From Octopus vulgaris (Eukaryota): a stretch of 64,000 bases of DNA. The notes under the pieces were generated by a model. That model saw only the letters and a program-made list of their open reading frames with translations, was not told where the DNA came from and ran no database searches. The position numbers and the translations under genes were made by a program. Where the stretch lies: contig OX597831.1 of the NCBI GenBank assembly GCA_951406725.2, positions 81,158,001 through 81,222,000 of the forward strand, written 5' to 3'. Every line of letters starts with the position of its first letter. The first letter of the stretch is position 1. Shown piece after piece: positions 14,530-28,830 of this stretch.

Positions 14530-15729
14530 TGGTGTGTTTACGTCCTCGTAGCTTAGCGGTTCGGCAAAAAAGACCGATAGAATAAGCAATTTATCGTGTC
14601 TAATTGTTAATATAAACCAACTTTTACTGAACTTTGATTGTTATAAAATTCATCAAACATTTGGGTTTGTATGTTTGTCTATCTCTGAGGAATTTGTTGT
14701 ATATTGGAATTTGTATGAATATTTGATCTCTTCAGCATGTTTCTACGAATTTTCCCTTGTACTTTCAATCCCCCTTACACGTTTTTTTTTTATTAACCAT
14801 TGAAAAACAAAATAATCGTCGAAACCGGTTTGAAATTTGAATAAATTTGTTACAAAAATCAAAACCTAGAACACATTTTAAGACAAGGTGCATTATATAT
14901 ATATATATATATATGGTAAATGAACTACTGTCATGCTGGAGCAACACAATTTTTTAAAATGATTAAAAAGAAACTATGTTCCGAAATATCGGCGAATTGG
15001 TTGTGTTCGTAGAATAGAAGAGAAAGCGCTTTCCTGTGTCTCTGCATCCACAACTTGAATTTTGTTTTTTTCGAATTCCTTCCAAGTTAATAAATAAAGA
15101 ACCAGCCTAAGCTGGTTGGTTGGCGGTATTGCTTGAGGGCTGAGTGGATTTTTTGGGAAAATTTTCAGCTTCTTTTTACCCTGAGTTCAAACCTCGCACA
15201 CGTGCCGAAGACTGGAGCCTTTGTGAGAGGACACAGTTCAATAGCCGGTACGTCCAGCACGGACATTACAACTGAGACCAGAAGACAATGGTTGAAAGGC
15301 TGGATAATAGTGAGTTTGCTTAAATACTGTTTGTGTTTTTGTGTGTATGTATGTACATATATATATACAACACACACACACATACACGCACACACACATA
15401 CACACACACACACACATATATATATGTGTATATACGCGAAATTTAGGTTCCTTAAAATATGTTCGTGAAATATTTCTACACCAGTTACACTCCAGTAAAT
15501 TATTTCTTATGGTAAAAAGGTGTAAAAACGCTTTATCTGTCCTCTGCTGCCACCTATAGAATTTCCAAACATCGTTGTTTCTAGCTCCTTAGCCATTATC
15601 AATTAGAAATACCGTAGGGAGACAATTCTGGACAGATCTAACCAAAGCTGTGGTTTTAAATAAATACAGTCATCAAAATTGGTTGATTGCGCCAGTATAC
15701 TACCCATATCATATCATATGTATTATATG

Positions 15730-15774
<45 letters not shown>

Positions 15775-15816
15775 TGAATATGGCACTTAAGTTGAGGCAC
15801 TTGAATCTATCTCACA

Positions 15817-16047
15817 CAACTCCATTTAATTGAACAATGCAATCATTACGTTAATTTAAATGCAAAGCAATCCTCAGCTGAATTAAGACAGAATTTAATT
15901 AAATTAAAACAGATGGACACATTAGTATAATTTTACTTGGTAAAATTATCTGTTTTAATTTAATTAAATTCTATGTCTTTATGCAGCTGAGGATTGCTTT
16001 GCATTTGAATTAACGTAATGATTGCATTGTTCAATTAAATGGAGTTG
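15817..16047. repeat. Long fold-back inverted repeat (~100-bp arms)
   Basis: caactccatttaattgaacaatgcaatcattacgttaa...aaaacagat mirrored by atctgttttaa...cattgttcaattaaatggagttg; a related dispersed copy occurs at ~21058-21190. Confidence 0.85.
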
Positions 16048-16103
16048 CGTAAAACGATCGTACTGCACTACCTCTGGATATCCTTGTTGCTTATTTTGAT
16101 ATG

Positions 16104-16206
<103 letters not shown>

Positions 16207-16817
16207 TTGTGTGTGTATATATATATGTATATATATATATATATGTAAGTGCATATATGTATATGTATGTGTGGGGTCTATGTGTAGGAGTGTGTGTGAG
16301 GGTGTATGAGTCTGTGTTTGTGCGTCTGTGACTGTGTGTGAGTGTGCGTGTATATGTGTGTGCATACACTCATAAACACATGAGGTTTATGCTCCATTTT
16401 TTAACAAATAAATAATCAATGACGTATTTGTTTTAAATCCAGACATTAATCTCTGCAAAATCAAAATGAAATTCAAGGAAAATAAATAAATAAATGAATA
16501 AATAAATAAATAAATAAATAAATAAAAAAATATAAACGCGAACATCATCCGAAAAGAAAACGTAAAATCGTCCATGATTTGCTGACACATAATTTCCACA
16601 ATTATACTATTTAAAACTGTTTCGGTCACGCAATACACCAGTTTGTTGTTGTTGGTGGTGTTGATGTTGTTGTTGTTGTTGCTTCCTTTCAGATTTGACA
16701 AGAGTGCAGTGAAACACTTTCAACCACAAAACAAACAACATACAACAATAAATAAATAAATCGGACAATGTTTTATAACAACACAAAAAACAACAACAAT
16801 GTATGTGTGTATGTCTT

Positions 16818-16868
<51 letters not shown>

Positions 16869-17631
16869 TTGTATATATATGTGTGTGTGTGTGCGTGTGT
16901 AAGTATGTGTGCACGGATAATTTATAAATTTGATGAAGGGAGATTATTCAGCTTCCTTTCTGCTATTATCGGTCCATTAAATTATTTAAATTATTATAAT
17001 TGCATTCTTATTTTGATCGTTTCTATTGTTTTGTATATATATTTCCGTTTGTGTGTGCGCGCATGCTGACATGTGTATATATTAATACATTCATATATTA
17101 ACACGCACACACATATATATATATATATTTATATATAAGTATATATACATATTTATATATATATAATATAATATAAATGATATGATAGATATATTTCTCG
17201 ACATACGTAAGTATACATAAAAATGCATAGATATCTGTATAAATGTGTCTGTGTGCATATGTTCGTGTGCGTGTGTGCGTGTGTGTGTGTGTGTGGTGAT
17301 GATGAGGCAAGCTGAGTGGAACGCTTGTATTAATGCATACAAAAAATAAATACTGAAATCTAATGCGTGAAATTTTCATGAATTAGTTTCAATTTAGGCT
17401 GGAAATGATCGTCAGTAGACAAAGTAAAATGGAAACGAGCTAAGCATGAATGCAGCAATTAGAGTTAAACATGCAAAAATAGAGAGAAAGGTAGCGAAAG
17501 GGGATGAGCAATCGATAGAGAGACAGATGGATTGAGAGAATGTAAATAAAAGGCGGTTACATAGCTTGTTAAGTAAACATATAGTGAGAGGGATGGAGAT
17601 ACACAGATAGGCAAATGGATATCGGTACACA

Positions 17632-17679
<48 letters not shown>

Positions 17680-18092
17680 CACACACAAAATAGATAGATT
17701 GTTAGATTAACTGCTTGATTAATAAACAAACATGTAGATAGATATGTAGAGAGATTGATAGATAATAAAAAGAGACATATACATAAACGGTTAAATAGAT
17801 ATAGATAAATAGATAGAGCAACATATTGACATGCCTGTGTGTGTGTGTGTGTGTGTGTGTATAGACACATATATGTTTATACGTATACTAATACATAAAA
17901 ATAGAAAGAGTGATAACAAAGATGTGATTGAAACTGTTATATTATATTGCTATGAAAGATATTACTCGATCGAGCTTTTTCCTGTAACAAATTTGTTGAG
18001 ATAGCTTCCAGTGTGGCGTGATTTTCTTGCTGAAACAATATGCAAAACCTTCCGCAAGACTAACCGCCCCAGTATGTATACATTATATATAC

Positions 18093-18146
<54 letters not shown>

Positions 18147-18510
18147 GTTTCAAGCGTTCACCATTTTAACTCGTCTGTGCCTAACAGCACTCCTTGTTTT
18201 TGACCCTCCGCAAATCCCATATATATATAATATAAATGATATGATAGATATATTTCTTGCGGGAGCAACAACCTTTAAAATCCTATCTTGTTGTTTGAAT
18301 GCTCAAAATAAGGAGTAGAAAGACAGCCAACAACTGATGAAGGGTCGTTTTTTTATGTTACTTATTTTGTTTTCCATTCGTTTCTCTCGTTTTTTGTGGA
18401 CCCAGGTTAATTTTTGTATTTCATGATTGTTTACGTTTTTGTGACGTCATGTACCGATATATGCATAGCTATATACATGTATACGTATTATGTGCATGTG
18501 TGTCTATATA

Positions 18511-18551
<41 letters not shown>

Positions 18552-18597
18552 TATTTATATTATACACACACACAAATATATATAAATATATGTATAT

Positions 18598-18654
18598 AAT
18601 TCAGAGAAATAACCTCTACTAAGTAATTCAATAGTGCTAGACATTATTCCTTAC

Positions 18655-18699
<45 letters not shown>

Positions 18700-18841
18700 T
18701 AGATAGATAGACAGACAGACAGGTAGATAGATAGATAGATAGATTATTTCTGTATGAGTATGTATGTATGTATGTATGTATGTATGTATGTATCTATCTA
18801 TCTATCTATCTATCTACCTGTCTGTCTGTCTATCTATCTAT

Positions 18842-18889
<48 letters not shown>

Positions 18890-18951
18890 TAATAGTAGGG
18901 AATAATGTCTAGCACTATTGAATTACTTAGTAGAGGTTATTTCTCTGAATT
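18598..18951. repeat. Fold-back inverted repeat including mirrored microsatellites
   Basis: aattcagagaaataacctctactaagtaattcaatagtgctagacattattcc at 18598 has its reverse complement at ~18899-18951; the inner (TA)n and (GATA/GACA)n tracts are also mirrored. Confidence 0.9.
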
Positions 18952-19059
18952 AAATACACCTGAAGGCCTAAAAGGTTGGTTGTTTTCATACAGTTTAAGT
19001 CTTAAATTGCACTATTCATATGTATACATACATACGTTCATACATACATGCATGTATAA

Positions 19060-19276
19060 CGCCATGATAGATCATTAGCTCCTACACGCATTTTTTCTCT
19101 TCTTGTTTCTCTCCTTGTTTCTTTTCTGTGTATCTTTCTGTCGAAGAGCGTAGGCTCGAAATGTAAAAGACTTGTTCTATTTCTATTCCTGAGCGCCATA
19201 CTAATACATTTGTTTGTTTGTTCTCCACCTGCCTTCGTCTTTTGTTTATTTTCGTAAACCTCTTTTGTTTATTTTC

Positions 19277-19277
<1 letters not shown>
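19060..19277 (+). mobile_element. Short 3'-end copy of the (TA)n-associated RLE element also at 62631-63430, with hammerhead motif at 19133-19170
   Basis: Colinear with the reverse complement of 62631-62840 (gccatg...cacgcatttt...tatctttctgt(c/t)gaagagcgtaggctcgaaa...ccacctgccttcgtcttttgtttattttc); followed by (TA)n. Confidence 0.8.
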
Positions 19278-19314
<37 letters not shown>

Positions 19315-19320
19315 AGATAA

Positions 19321-19397
<77 letters not shown>

Positions 19398-19632
19398 CAG
19401 ATAGATAGGTCGATATTATAACAACGTATCATAATTGTCTATCGCCGCTTATTTATTGGAATACTGTAGAAGTTGTGACTCTAGCGTATTGATAGATCAT
19501 AATTTTTGAAGAGAATAACAGTTTGTATAACAGTGCGTTTGTTCAGCAATCGCAAAAAACATGACTCTATCATGATGTATTTATAGCATAATGATGAAGA
19601 ATATATGTATATGTAAGTGTGTGTGCGTGTGA

Positions 19633-19663
<31 letters not shown>

Positions 19664-19997
19664 GGGGCAATATACAAAAACATACACACTATCACTACTG
19701 CCGTCTCTATGGAAAGCAGAATTGGATGTGAGGCAACATTACAAAATACACACACAAATGCATTAAACACACACACATGAAAGCCAACATGTATGTATGT
19801 ATATATGAATATATATTTGTGTATGCATATATATGTATATATATATACATATATATATAATATATTAATCAGCCGAAATTACTACGATGATCCGGTTCTT
19901 GACTGAAGACTGAGGGTTTCGAATGTCCTGTCCGTGTTTATTGTGTCGTCTTCTAAGAGTTATACGTTCTTGTCCATGTTGTATTTTTCTACATACC

Positions 19998-20057
<60 letters not shown>

Positions 20058-20405
20058 TGTATGTATATGTGAATACATATATGTTTATGTGCAAGTAGAT
20101 TGTCTCCATATATACATAAATACACACACACACACGTACACACATCCCGAAGTAAACACAACCGAATGGCACAAAGGGCAGGTAAGTAAGGGAAGTACAT
20201 GAGAAAAGTGTTTTCAGTGAGTATGGCGGTAAGAATGAGTGACAGTACAGAGATCTTCCACACGCCATGTAAAAACATGTCCTCTTTTTACCAACAGAAG
20301 AAGGAAAGAAAGATTAGAAGAAGAAGAAAAAGAGAAGAAAGAAGCTGAAAACGAAAAGAAATAAAAGTTAGAAAAATAACTGACTCAATAAATAAGTTTA
20401 ATAAC

Positions 20406-20444
<39 letters not shown>

Positions 20445-21011
20445 TGAAATAATTAACAAAACCAAAGAAAGATTAGTAAAGTGAGAGAGAGAGAGATTGA
20501 AGTGGAAGGAATGAGAGGCGATGGTAAGAAGTCTTGTACAGTTGTTCGATGTAAATATCTAGCAACGTAGCAAAGAAGTGATTCTTCTTGTGTGTTCCGA
20601 GAGTGTCAATACTGCAAACGACAAAAATGGCGGCGGCAAAGGCAGCCATGATCAACGGTTTTACAGTTTCACGTGATTCGAGTTGACGTTCCGCTGACTT
20701 TGAGCTGATCTCGGAGTTGACAGCAATATCTGAAACACAGGCGACCTCTACTCAGCTCGCTTTTTTTCCCCCTCTGTTCGTTCATGTTCTTCGACCACAC
20801 ACACGTACCGCGCATATACCACCCACAAGCAGAGGAACCTGTAGATTGCCATTTGTGTATGCAATTGTATGTGTGTGCATTGTGTCTATGTGTGTAGATA
20901 TATATCGTATCAAACTTACATCATAATTTCATGCTTAAGGATTCATATATATATATATGGCGGTGCCCCAGCATGGCCACAACTCGTGAGCTGAAACTAG
21001 AATCAATCAAT

Positions 21012-21056
<45 letters not shown>

Positions 21057-21272
21057 AAAAACAAGCAACAAGGATATCCAAAGGCAATGCAGTGGGATCG
21101 TTTCATGCGACTCCATTTAATTAAACAATGCAAGTATTACATCAATTTTGAAATGTAGACCAATCTTCAGCTGCATATAAATATAGAAATTAGTTAAATT
21201 GAAAAGATTCATTTTTATAGTTGATATATATATATATATATATATATACGTGCGTGTGTAAACATATGTATG

Positions 21273-21327
<55 letters not shown>

Positions 21328-21938
21328 GTAGGTATTATTCTTAAAGAAGAATGTTGTTGACAGTGACCTCGGAGTTTCGGCCAACTAAGCCACGACATGC
21401 CTGACTAGTAACCCCAGCCTTATAAACCAAGGCAAGAAGTACTCTAAATAGCAATAATAAGTAAAGAAATGACCAGTCGAAACTCACCACCAACCTGCAG
21501 TCCTTTGTAAATAACGCTGACACCGAATTACTAAGGACTTGACTTATTAACTTTGACCTGCCAAACCAGCAAAATTAATGTGGCACTTTGTGTCTATCTA
21601 ACGAAAGAGAAACACACATACTAGGTTACAAAGTTGTTCTGCATTAATAGATTTTAAACACTAACATAACCAAAATTTAATCAATTAAAATTTTTCCAAA
21701 TCCCGTTTCCATAACAACCGACCATAAAACCCTGATTACAATCCCACTTAAACGCACAAACTCAAACATGATTTTAACTCAACAGAGTCTCTATGAAGGC
21801 AAGACTAACTCTTATGCGTCACAGTCAGGCAATGGCTCAGCTGGCCGAAATTTCGAAGTGACGCTCAACAACGTTCTTGTTGAAAAATAATAAATTTGTA
21901 CTCTACAAAAGTATAGAGTAAAGCACCAGAATAATGTA

Positions 21939-21969
<31 letters not shown>

Positions 21970-22023
21970 CAGATAGAGATCAATTTATTAATGAAAATCC
22001 CATTTCAAACATCAGTTTCTTAT

Positions 22024-22127
22024 AACCTACAATTGTTTCCATGTTCAATTAATTCAAATATCAAATAATTTAATTTAATCAAAAAGATGTAATCTAAATA
22101 TTGCGAATTGAACATTTCGTCAGGGTT
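22024..22127 (-). ncRNA. Type I hammerhead ribozyme motif with extended stem II
   Basis: Minus strand: AACC-CUGACGA-A-AUGUUCAAUU...AAUUGAACAU-G-GAAAC-AAUU-GUA-GGUU. 10-bp perfect stem II, palindromic stem III, GUA triplet. Confidence 0.8.
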
Positions 22128-23006
22128 AGGAATTTAACCAAAAAACAGAAAAGGAATCGAGTGATCATTGCCAGACTCAGCTTTAAATCCAGATGTGTTC
22201 ACGTCATCGGCTTTTCATAACGCTGCAGCTCTTCGGTTGAAAGACGATCGAAGCCGCTCAAATAGTTATGAAAATTCACCGTTTCCCGTCCAATATCACC
22301 CGCTAAGAGTCGGAGAAAGCGCTGCTGAAAATCTGGACACATCTACCTAGAGCTTCTGAAACTTTATTGTCAATTGATACCCCTGTCACACGGGCCAATC
22401 GAAAGGCCTTCTCTCCCTTTTGTCTTAGTACACACCATCTTACCCTCTTCCGGCCATGACTCCCAAATATCATTCCCCGAACTCTCTCCTGTCTTCCTTA
22501 ATACAAATCATTAACAGCAAATGTCAGTTTTTTCTCCCGTTTCCTTACGGCATATATTTTAGTCATTATTTCCCCCTTTTGGATTATTTCTTACTCAACA
22601 TAGACTCACAACTCTTCCCACCAAATCTTAAATTTATTCACTGAGATTTTCTCGACATCGGTCACGACTGATGTTTACATATTTTCCTCTTAATAATTCG
22701 ATAGTTCGATGAACGAAATAGGATATCACCCTAAAAGGCAACCATTACATTTCATATGCCAGCTCAGAATTAATAATGAATTCTGGAATTTTGGGAATAC
22801 AAACATTTCTATCCCTCAGTCAAAATGGCAAATGGAAGAGAGATAAAAGAGTTAGTAACTAAAATATATATTTGCCTGTGCGGTTCTGGATAATTAGCAC
22901 GCGGTTAAAGTGGTCGGCTGTCAAAATAATACATACATACATACACGTATATATACATACAATATTGAGAAGCATATATAAAGTATAAATAAGGATATAT
23001 ATATGT

Positions 23007-23046
23007 AAGAAATTTGAAAAGCTGAACGTGAAACCGGTCATTTCTT
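23007..23046 (+). ncRNA. Degenerate hammerhead relic
   Basis: AAGAAAU-(UUGAAAA)-GCUGAACGU-GAAAC-CG-GUC-AUUUCUU: 7-bp stem I and stem III intact, CUGANGA box carries two substitutions. Confidence 0.45.
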
Positions 23047-23985
23047 CAAAAATTATGTCATTGTATGAAAAAAAAATTTATAACATTCTTCAGACATAAT
23101 GACTCAAATATATATTTTTTAACCTTTTAAAATAAGCCTTCTGTAGTTTTTTCACTTTTTACTATTTTCTATATATATATATATACACATACATATATGT
23201 ATATACTACATGTCGTAAGATGACTCCTCCACGCTGTGTACGGCACGACCAATTGGTATACCCTTGATATATATATATCATGCATGATGTTCCTCGCAAC
23301 AAATGTGTATGCATTTCTAAAAAGTGTACAGAAAGTATATAAGTAGAGTGTATAGAAAGTGTATGTCGTAGTACGGATAATGTGTATAACATGTCTTGAA
23401 TCCGTAAAGCTGCCATCAAGCGTCGCTGAAGTTAGGTGTTTGGTGTATTTGAGATTCTTTTATTTCTGCCGTTGTTGTCTTAGCTGTGGATTGTGTTTTC
23501 ATTTTGTTCACTGGTTCTGTCTGTACTGAGTGACACGGCACACACAAAGTTATATGACATACAGATAGGCCGACTACACACACACACACATATACATGCA
23601 CACACACACACACACACACACATATACATGCATACACACACACAGTTGTACAGTTTGGAGAAGAGATAAAGAGAGAGCTGGATAGAGAGGGAGAGAGAGA
23701 AAATGAACGATAGCAAGACGGCTAGACATATATATGTGTGTGTGTATAAGTATGTATGTGTGCGCGAGTGTATATGCGTGTGTGTCAATGACTGTCTTTG
23801 TTTATCTCTCTAAGAGTACACACACACGCACACACACGCACGCACACATATACACACGCACACACACACACACACATATATATATATACACTCTATGAGG
23901 GAGAAAGAAAGACAATGAGACAAATCGGTAGAGAGACATACACAACACACGCCACAAATCAAACACACACACACACTCTTTCTCT

Positions 23986-24033
<48 letters not shown>

Positions 24034-24584
24034 TACACACACATACACACACACACCGCAAGAACGGAGAAAGAGAGGAAGAATATATGTGGGAGAGAGA
24101 TTATGAAAGAACTAGAAATTGAAAGAGGATGATATGAGAGAGAGGGAGAGAGAGAGGGGAGAAGGAGAGAGAGGGAGAGAGAGAGAGAGGAGAGAGGAGG
24201 AGGAGAGAGGAGGGAGAGAGAGAGGAGGGAGGAAGAGAAAAAAGGGGGAGGGTTGAGTAAGATTGTCGTTAAATAGGAGAAGAATTGTGGTATTTAGCAA
24301 AAGAATTTGTTGTTGTGTGACTGATTAGTTGTCTTTGTACAGGTATTTGACTAGGTGTACCTGGGACTGTAGGGGGATACACGGGGACAGAATGATATAC
24401 ATACATACATATATAAATGTATATATATATACATACACATACATACACATATATATATGTATGTGTGTATTTGTATGTATACCTAGATGTGTGAATAAGC
24501 AATTTCGTAGTTATTCCTCTATTAGAGACCACACACGCACACTCGCGCGCGCACATGAATCTATGTATGAAGGTCACTCTCTCT

Positions 24585-24658
<74 letters not shown>

Positions 24659-25249
24659 GTATGTATGTATGTATGTGTATTGAGAGAAGCCTTATGTGCA
24701 TACACACACATGCAAAGTCACACAGCAACAAATGCACACAGTTACACAAGCATAAATTTTCCCACTCACACGCAGATGAACACACAGACACACACTCACA
24801 CACACACACACACTTGCATTTACACGGACACAGCACTTCACGTGCACAAGAAAACAGTAACATCAAAATAACTGACATTTAAAATGTTAGCTTTCTCAGG
24901 TGATTTATTTAATCTCGTACACACACACACATACACACACATGCATATTCATACGCACATACATATGCACACACCTCCATAATTCACTATACATATTCAA
25001 AGACACTCTCATATACCTACATGCAAATATACATACGTGTCTACATATACACACGCATATATCCTTGCATGCACACGTGCATAAATAGATACATGTATGC
25101 ATATCTATATACTTACATACACAAATATAAACATTAATTCATACATACACACAGATATACGCATATAAATAGACATTGCACCTATATGCACGCATTTGTA
25201 TTCATATATATACATGAATGCCTCCATTCATACAAATACATATAAACAC

Positions 25250-25323
<74 letters not shown>

Positions 25324-25461
25324 ATATAAGAGATAATGGTGTTATTGAGACCCAGAGGTGTCAGGTAATGTTGAATAAGTGCTATAGACATACCATAGTT
25401 AAGTTCCAGATTCGGTAATATTGCGAATAAAGGGTCCAACGTTGGTTCTATGCCAGCGTGT

Positions 25462-25627
25462 GTATATAAGAATTTTTTTGCGTAATAAGATAAAAAAACC
25501 AAAGCTGTATAGATATTAGTGCATTCATAGATAAAAGGTCTTACAGCTTAACACCTTCTATCTATAAATGCTCTAATATATATACAGCCTTGGTTTTTTA
25601 TCTTATTACGCAAAAAATTCATATATA
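25462..25627. repeat. Fold-back inverted repeat (~70-bp arms)
   Basis: gaatttttttgcgtaataagataaaaaaaccaaagctgtata... mirrored by ...tatacagccttggttttttatcttattacgcaaaaaattc. Confidence 0.85.
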
Positions 25628-26104
25628 TATCTGTATAAACACATTCATACATACCAATAAGATACCATCCACGAGGGTAGGTATAATGGCCTCTCTTGTC
25701 CTGGAGAAGATACGTCACAACCTACGCTATTCAGGATAAGCAAATAGATACTAAATACTTGATTAATGAAAGGGACACGGATGCCTCCAAACTCCAAATA
25801 TTGTGGCAGAAGATATCGATTATACGATATTTTAATGTGGAAGAACCTGAATGGTTGCCCCAAAAGGTCCGCAAGGAATAACGTTTCTTTGAGTTAAGAT
25901 ATTGTTTACTGAAACGGTTTACAATGCTACCGCTAAAAACAACTGTTCAGATGGTAATATCAAGGGTACCAGAAGGTCTTGAATTTAGGTGAGGCGGGTG
26001 TGTGGGGCTAGTTGTTTTAATCGACCCCATTGCTCAGCTCGTGCTTATTTTTCGATCCCGAAATTATGAAGGGGAAAGTCGATCTCAGCGGCATTTGAGT
26101 TAGG

Positions 26105-26570
26105 ATTCTTCAAACCTTTCAGATGAGTTCGCCACACAATCTTTTTCCCATAGATATTGAGCAGGGAGAGATCTGTCCCACGAAGGAAGTCGGTGCGTTT
26201 GATCTTCATTATATAATCAGCGGACAGATGGATTCGTCTTACATGTGACAGCGGCTGCTCAACACAAGGCCGCAAATTACTAATTCACGGACACTGAACG
26301 AAGGCTTACAGCTCGGGCAGGTTCGAGTGTTCGCACTTCCATGCCCGAAGAACTTGTCTCGAATGGGCGATGATCCCTCTAAAAAATCTACCATGCTAAA
26401 GACTTTTGAAAATTGTCCATGTTCTTCGACCTGAAAGTCATGCGGAAGAGACGACTCAAACTGCTCTCGTCGATGCCAAGAGTCAATCTTATGCCATCGC
26501 TGCACTTTGAACTCAGCCCCACCCCTATAAAGATCCTGAGTTTTTTTCTGCTAACGACTTTGTTCAGCTG
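26105..26570 (-). mobile_element. L1/Tx1-like ORF2 C-terminal fragment (zf-RVT region), degenerate
   Basis: Minus-strand PIRDKFFGHGSANTRTCPSCK resembles the 35.9-36.1 kb fragment (VWDKLYRHGSAFNRACPRC). Confidence 0.6.
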
Positions 26571-26687
26571 GTAATAATGATGTGAGCACCTGGCAAAATT
26601 CGAGATACTAAATGCTCAATCTTTGTCTATGCTTGACCCATGCCTGCAGCTCAGTCAAAGAAATAATGATAACAACAACAACAACAA

Positions 26688-27946
<1,259 letters not shown>

Positions 27947-27966
27947 GCTACAACAGCAATAATAAT

Positions 27967-28702
27967 GATACAAATAAAATTGGAAACGGAGGCTCTAATC
28001 TGTGCTGCCCAAGAGCAAGAATTAAGAACTAAATACATCTAATACAGAATAGATAACACATCAGAAAGTGATAAGTGCAGAATTTGTGGAGAAAACGGTG
28101 AAACCGTATGGTATATTACCAGTCAATGTACGCCACTAGCCCAGAAGGAATATAAGAGACGTCACGACAATAAAGCCAGGCTTGTCTATTGGACACTTTG
28201 CAATAAGTATGGACTTGACAGAGCAAAACACAAAAACCTGAAAGCATAATCGAAAATGATAATGCAAAGATCCTATCGGATTTTATGATTCAGCGAGACC
28301 ATGAGATAGAGAATAGGAAACTAGACATAGTGTTAATTGAGAAAGAAAGCAAATGATTCTGGATCATAGATATAGCATGTCCAGCTGACAATAAGGTATG
28401 TGATAAGGAAGAAAGAAAAGTCGATAGACATAACAGGTTAGCTTGGGAAGTTAAGCAGTTGTGGTCGTTGAAAAAGGTGGTAGTAGTACCAATAATTGTC
28501 GGAGCCATGGGAACAGTGAGTAAAAATCTTGAGAAGTACGTGAAACAAATAGCAGCTGCAATATGGGTGGAACACTTGCAGAAAACAGCACTGCTTAGAA
28601 CCGCTCGAATACTCCGGAAGGTGCTCGAAAAATAAGAGGCGTTACCTTAGTTCACTGGTAGTGAACAGCTGACATCAGAGTACATCTCCAGCGTGCAAAG
28701 GC
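27967..28702 (+). mobile_element. 5'-truncated R4/Dong-type element (subfamily C), with stops
   Basis: KLETEALICAAQEQELRT, CRICGENGETV, RRHDN, VVVVPIIVGAMG, LQKTALLRTARILRKVLE; (TAA)n flanks. Confidence 0.9.
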
Positions 28703-28718
28703 AATAATAATAATAATG

Positions 28719-28791
<73 letters not shown>

Positions 28792-28830
28792 CAACAACAA
28801 CAACAACAACAACAATAATAATAATAATAA

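Noticed and set aside
14795-14835. GAAACCGGUU hammerhead half
   Set aside because: CUGANGA box and stem I are too degenerate to support a call.
18330-18350. CUGAUGA box as a hammerhead
   Set aside because: No downstream GAAA or stem II found; at most a truncated relic.
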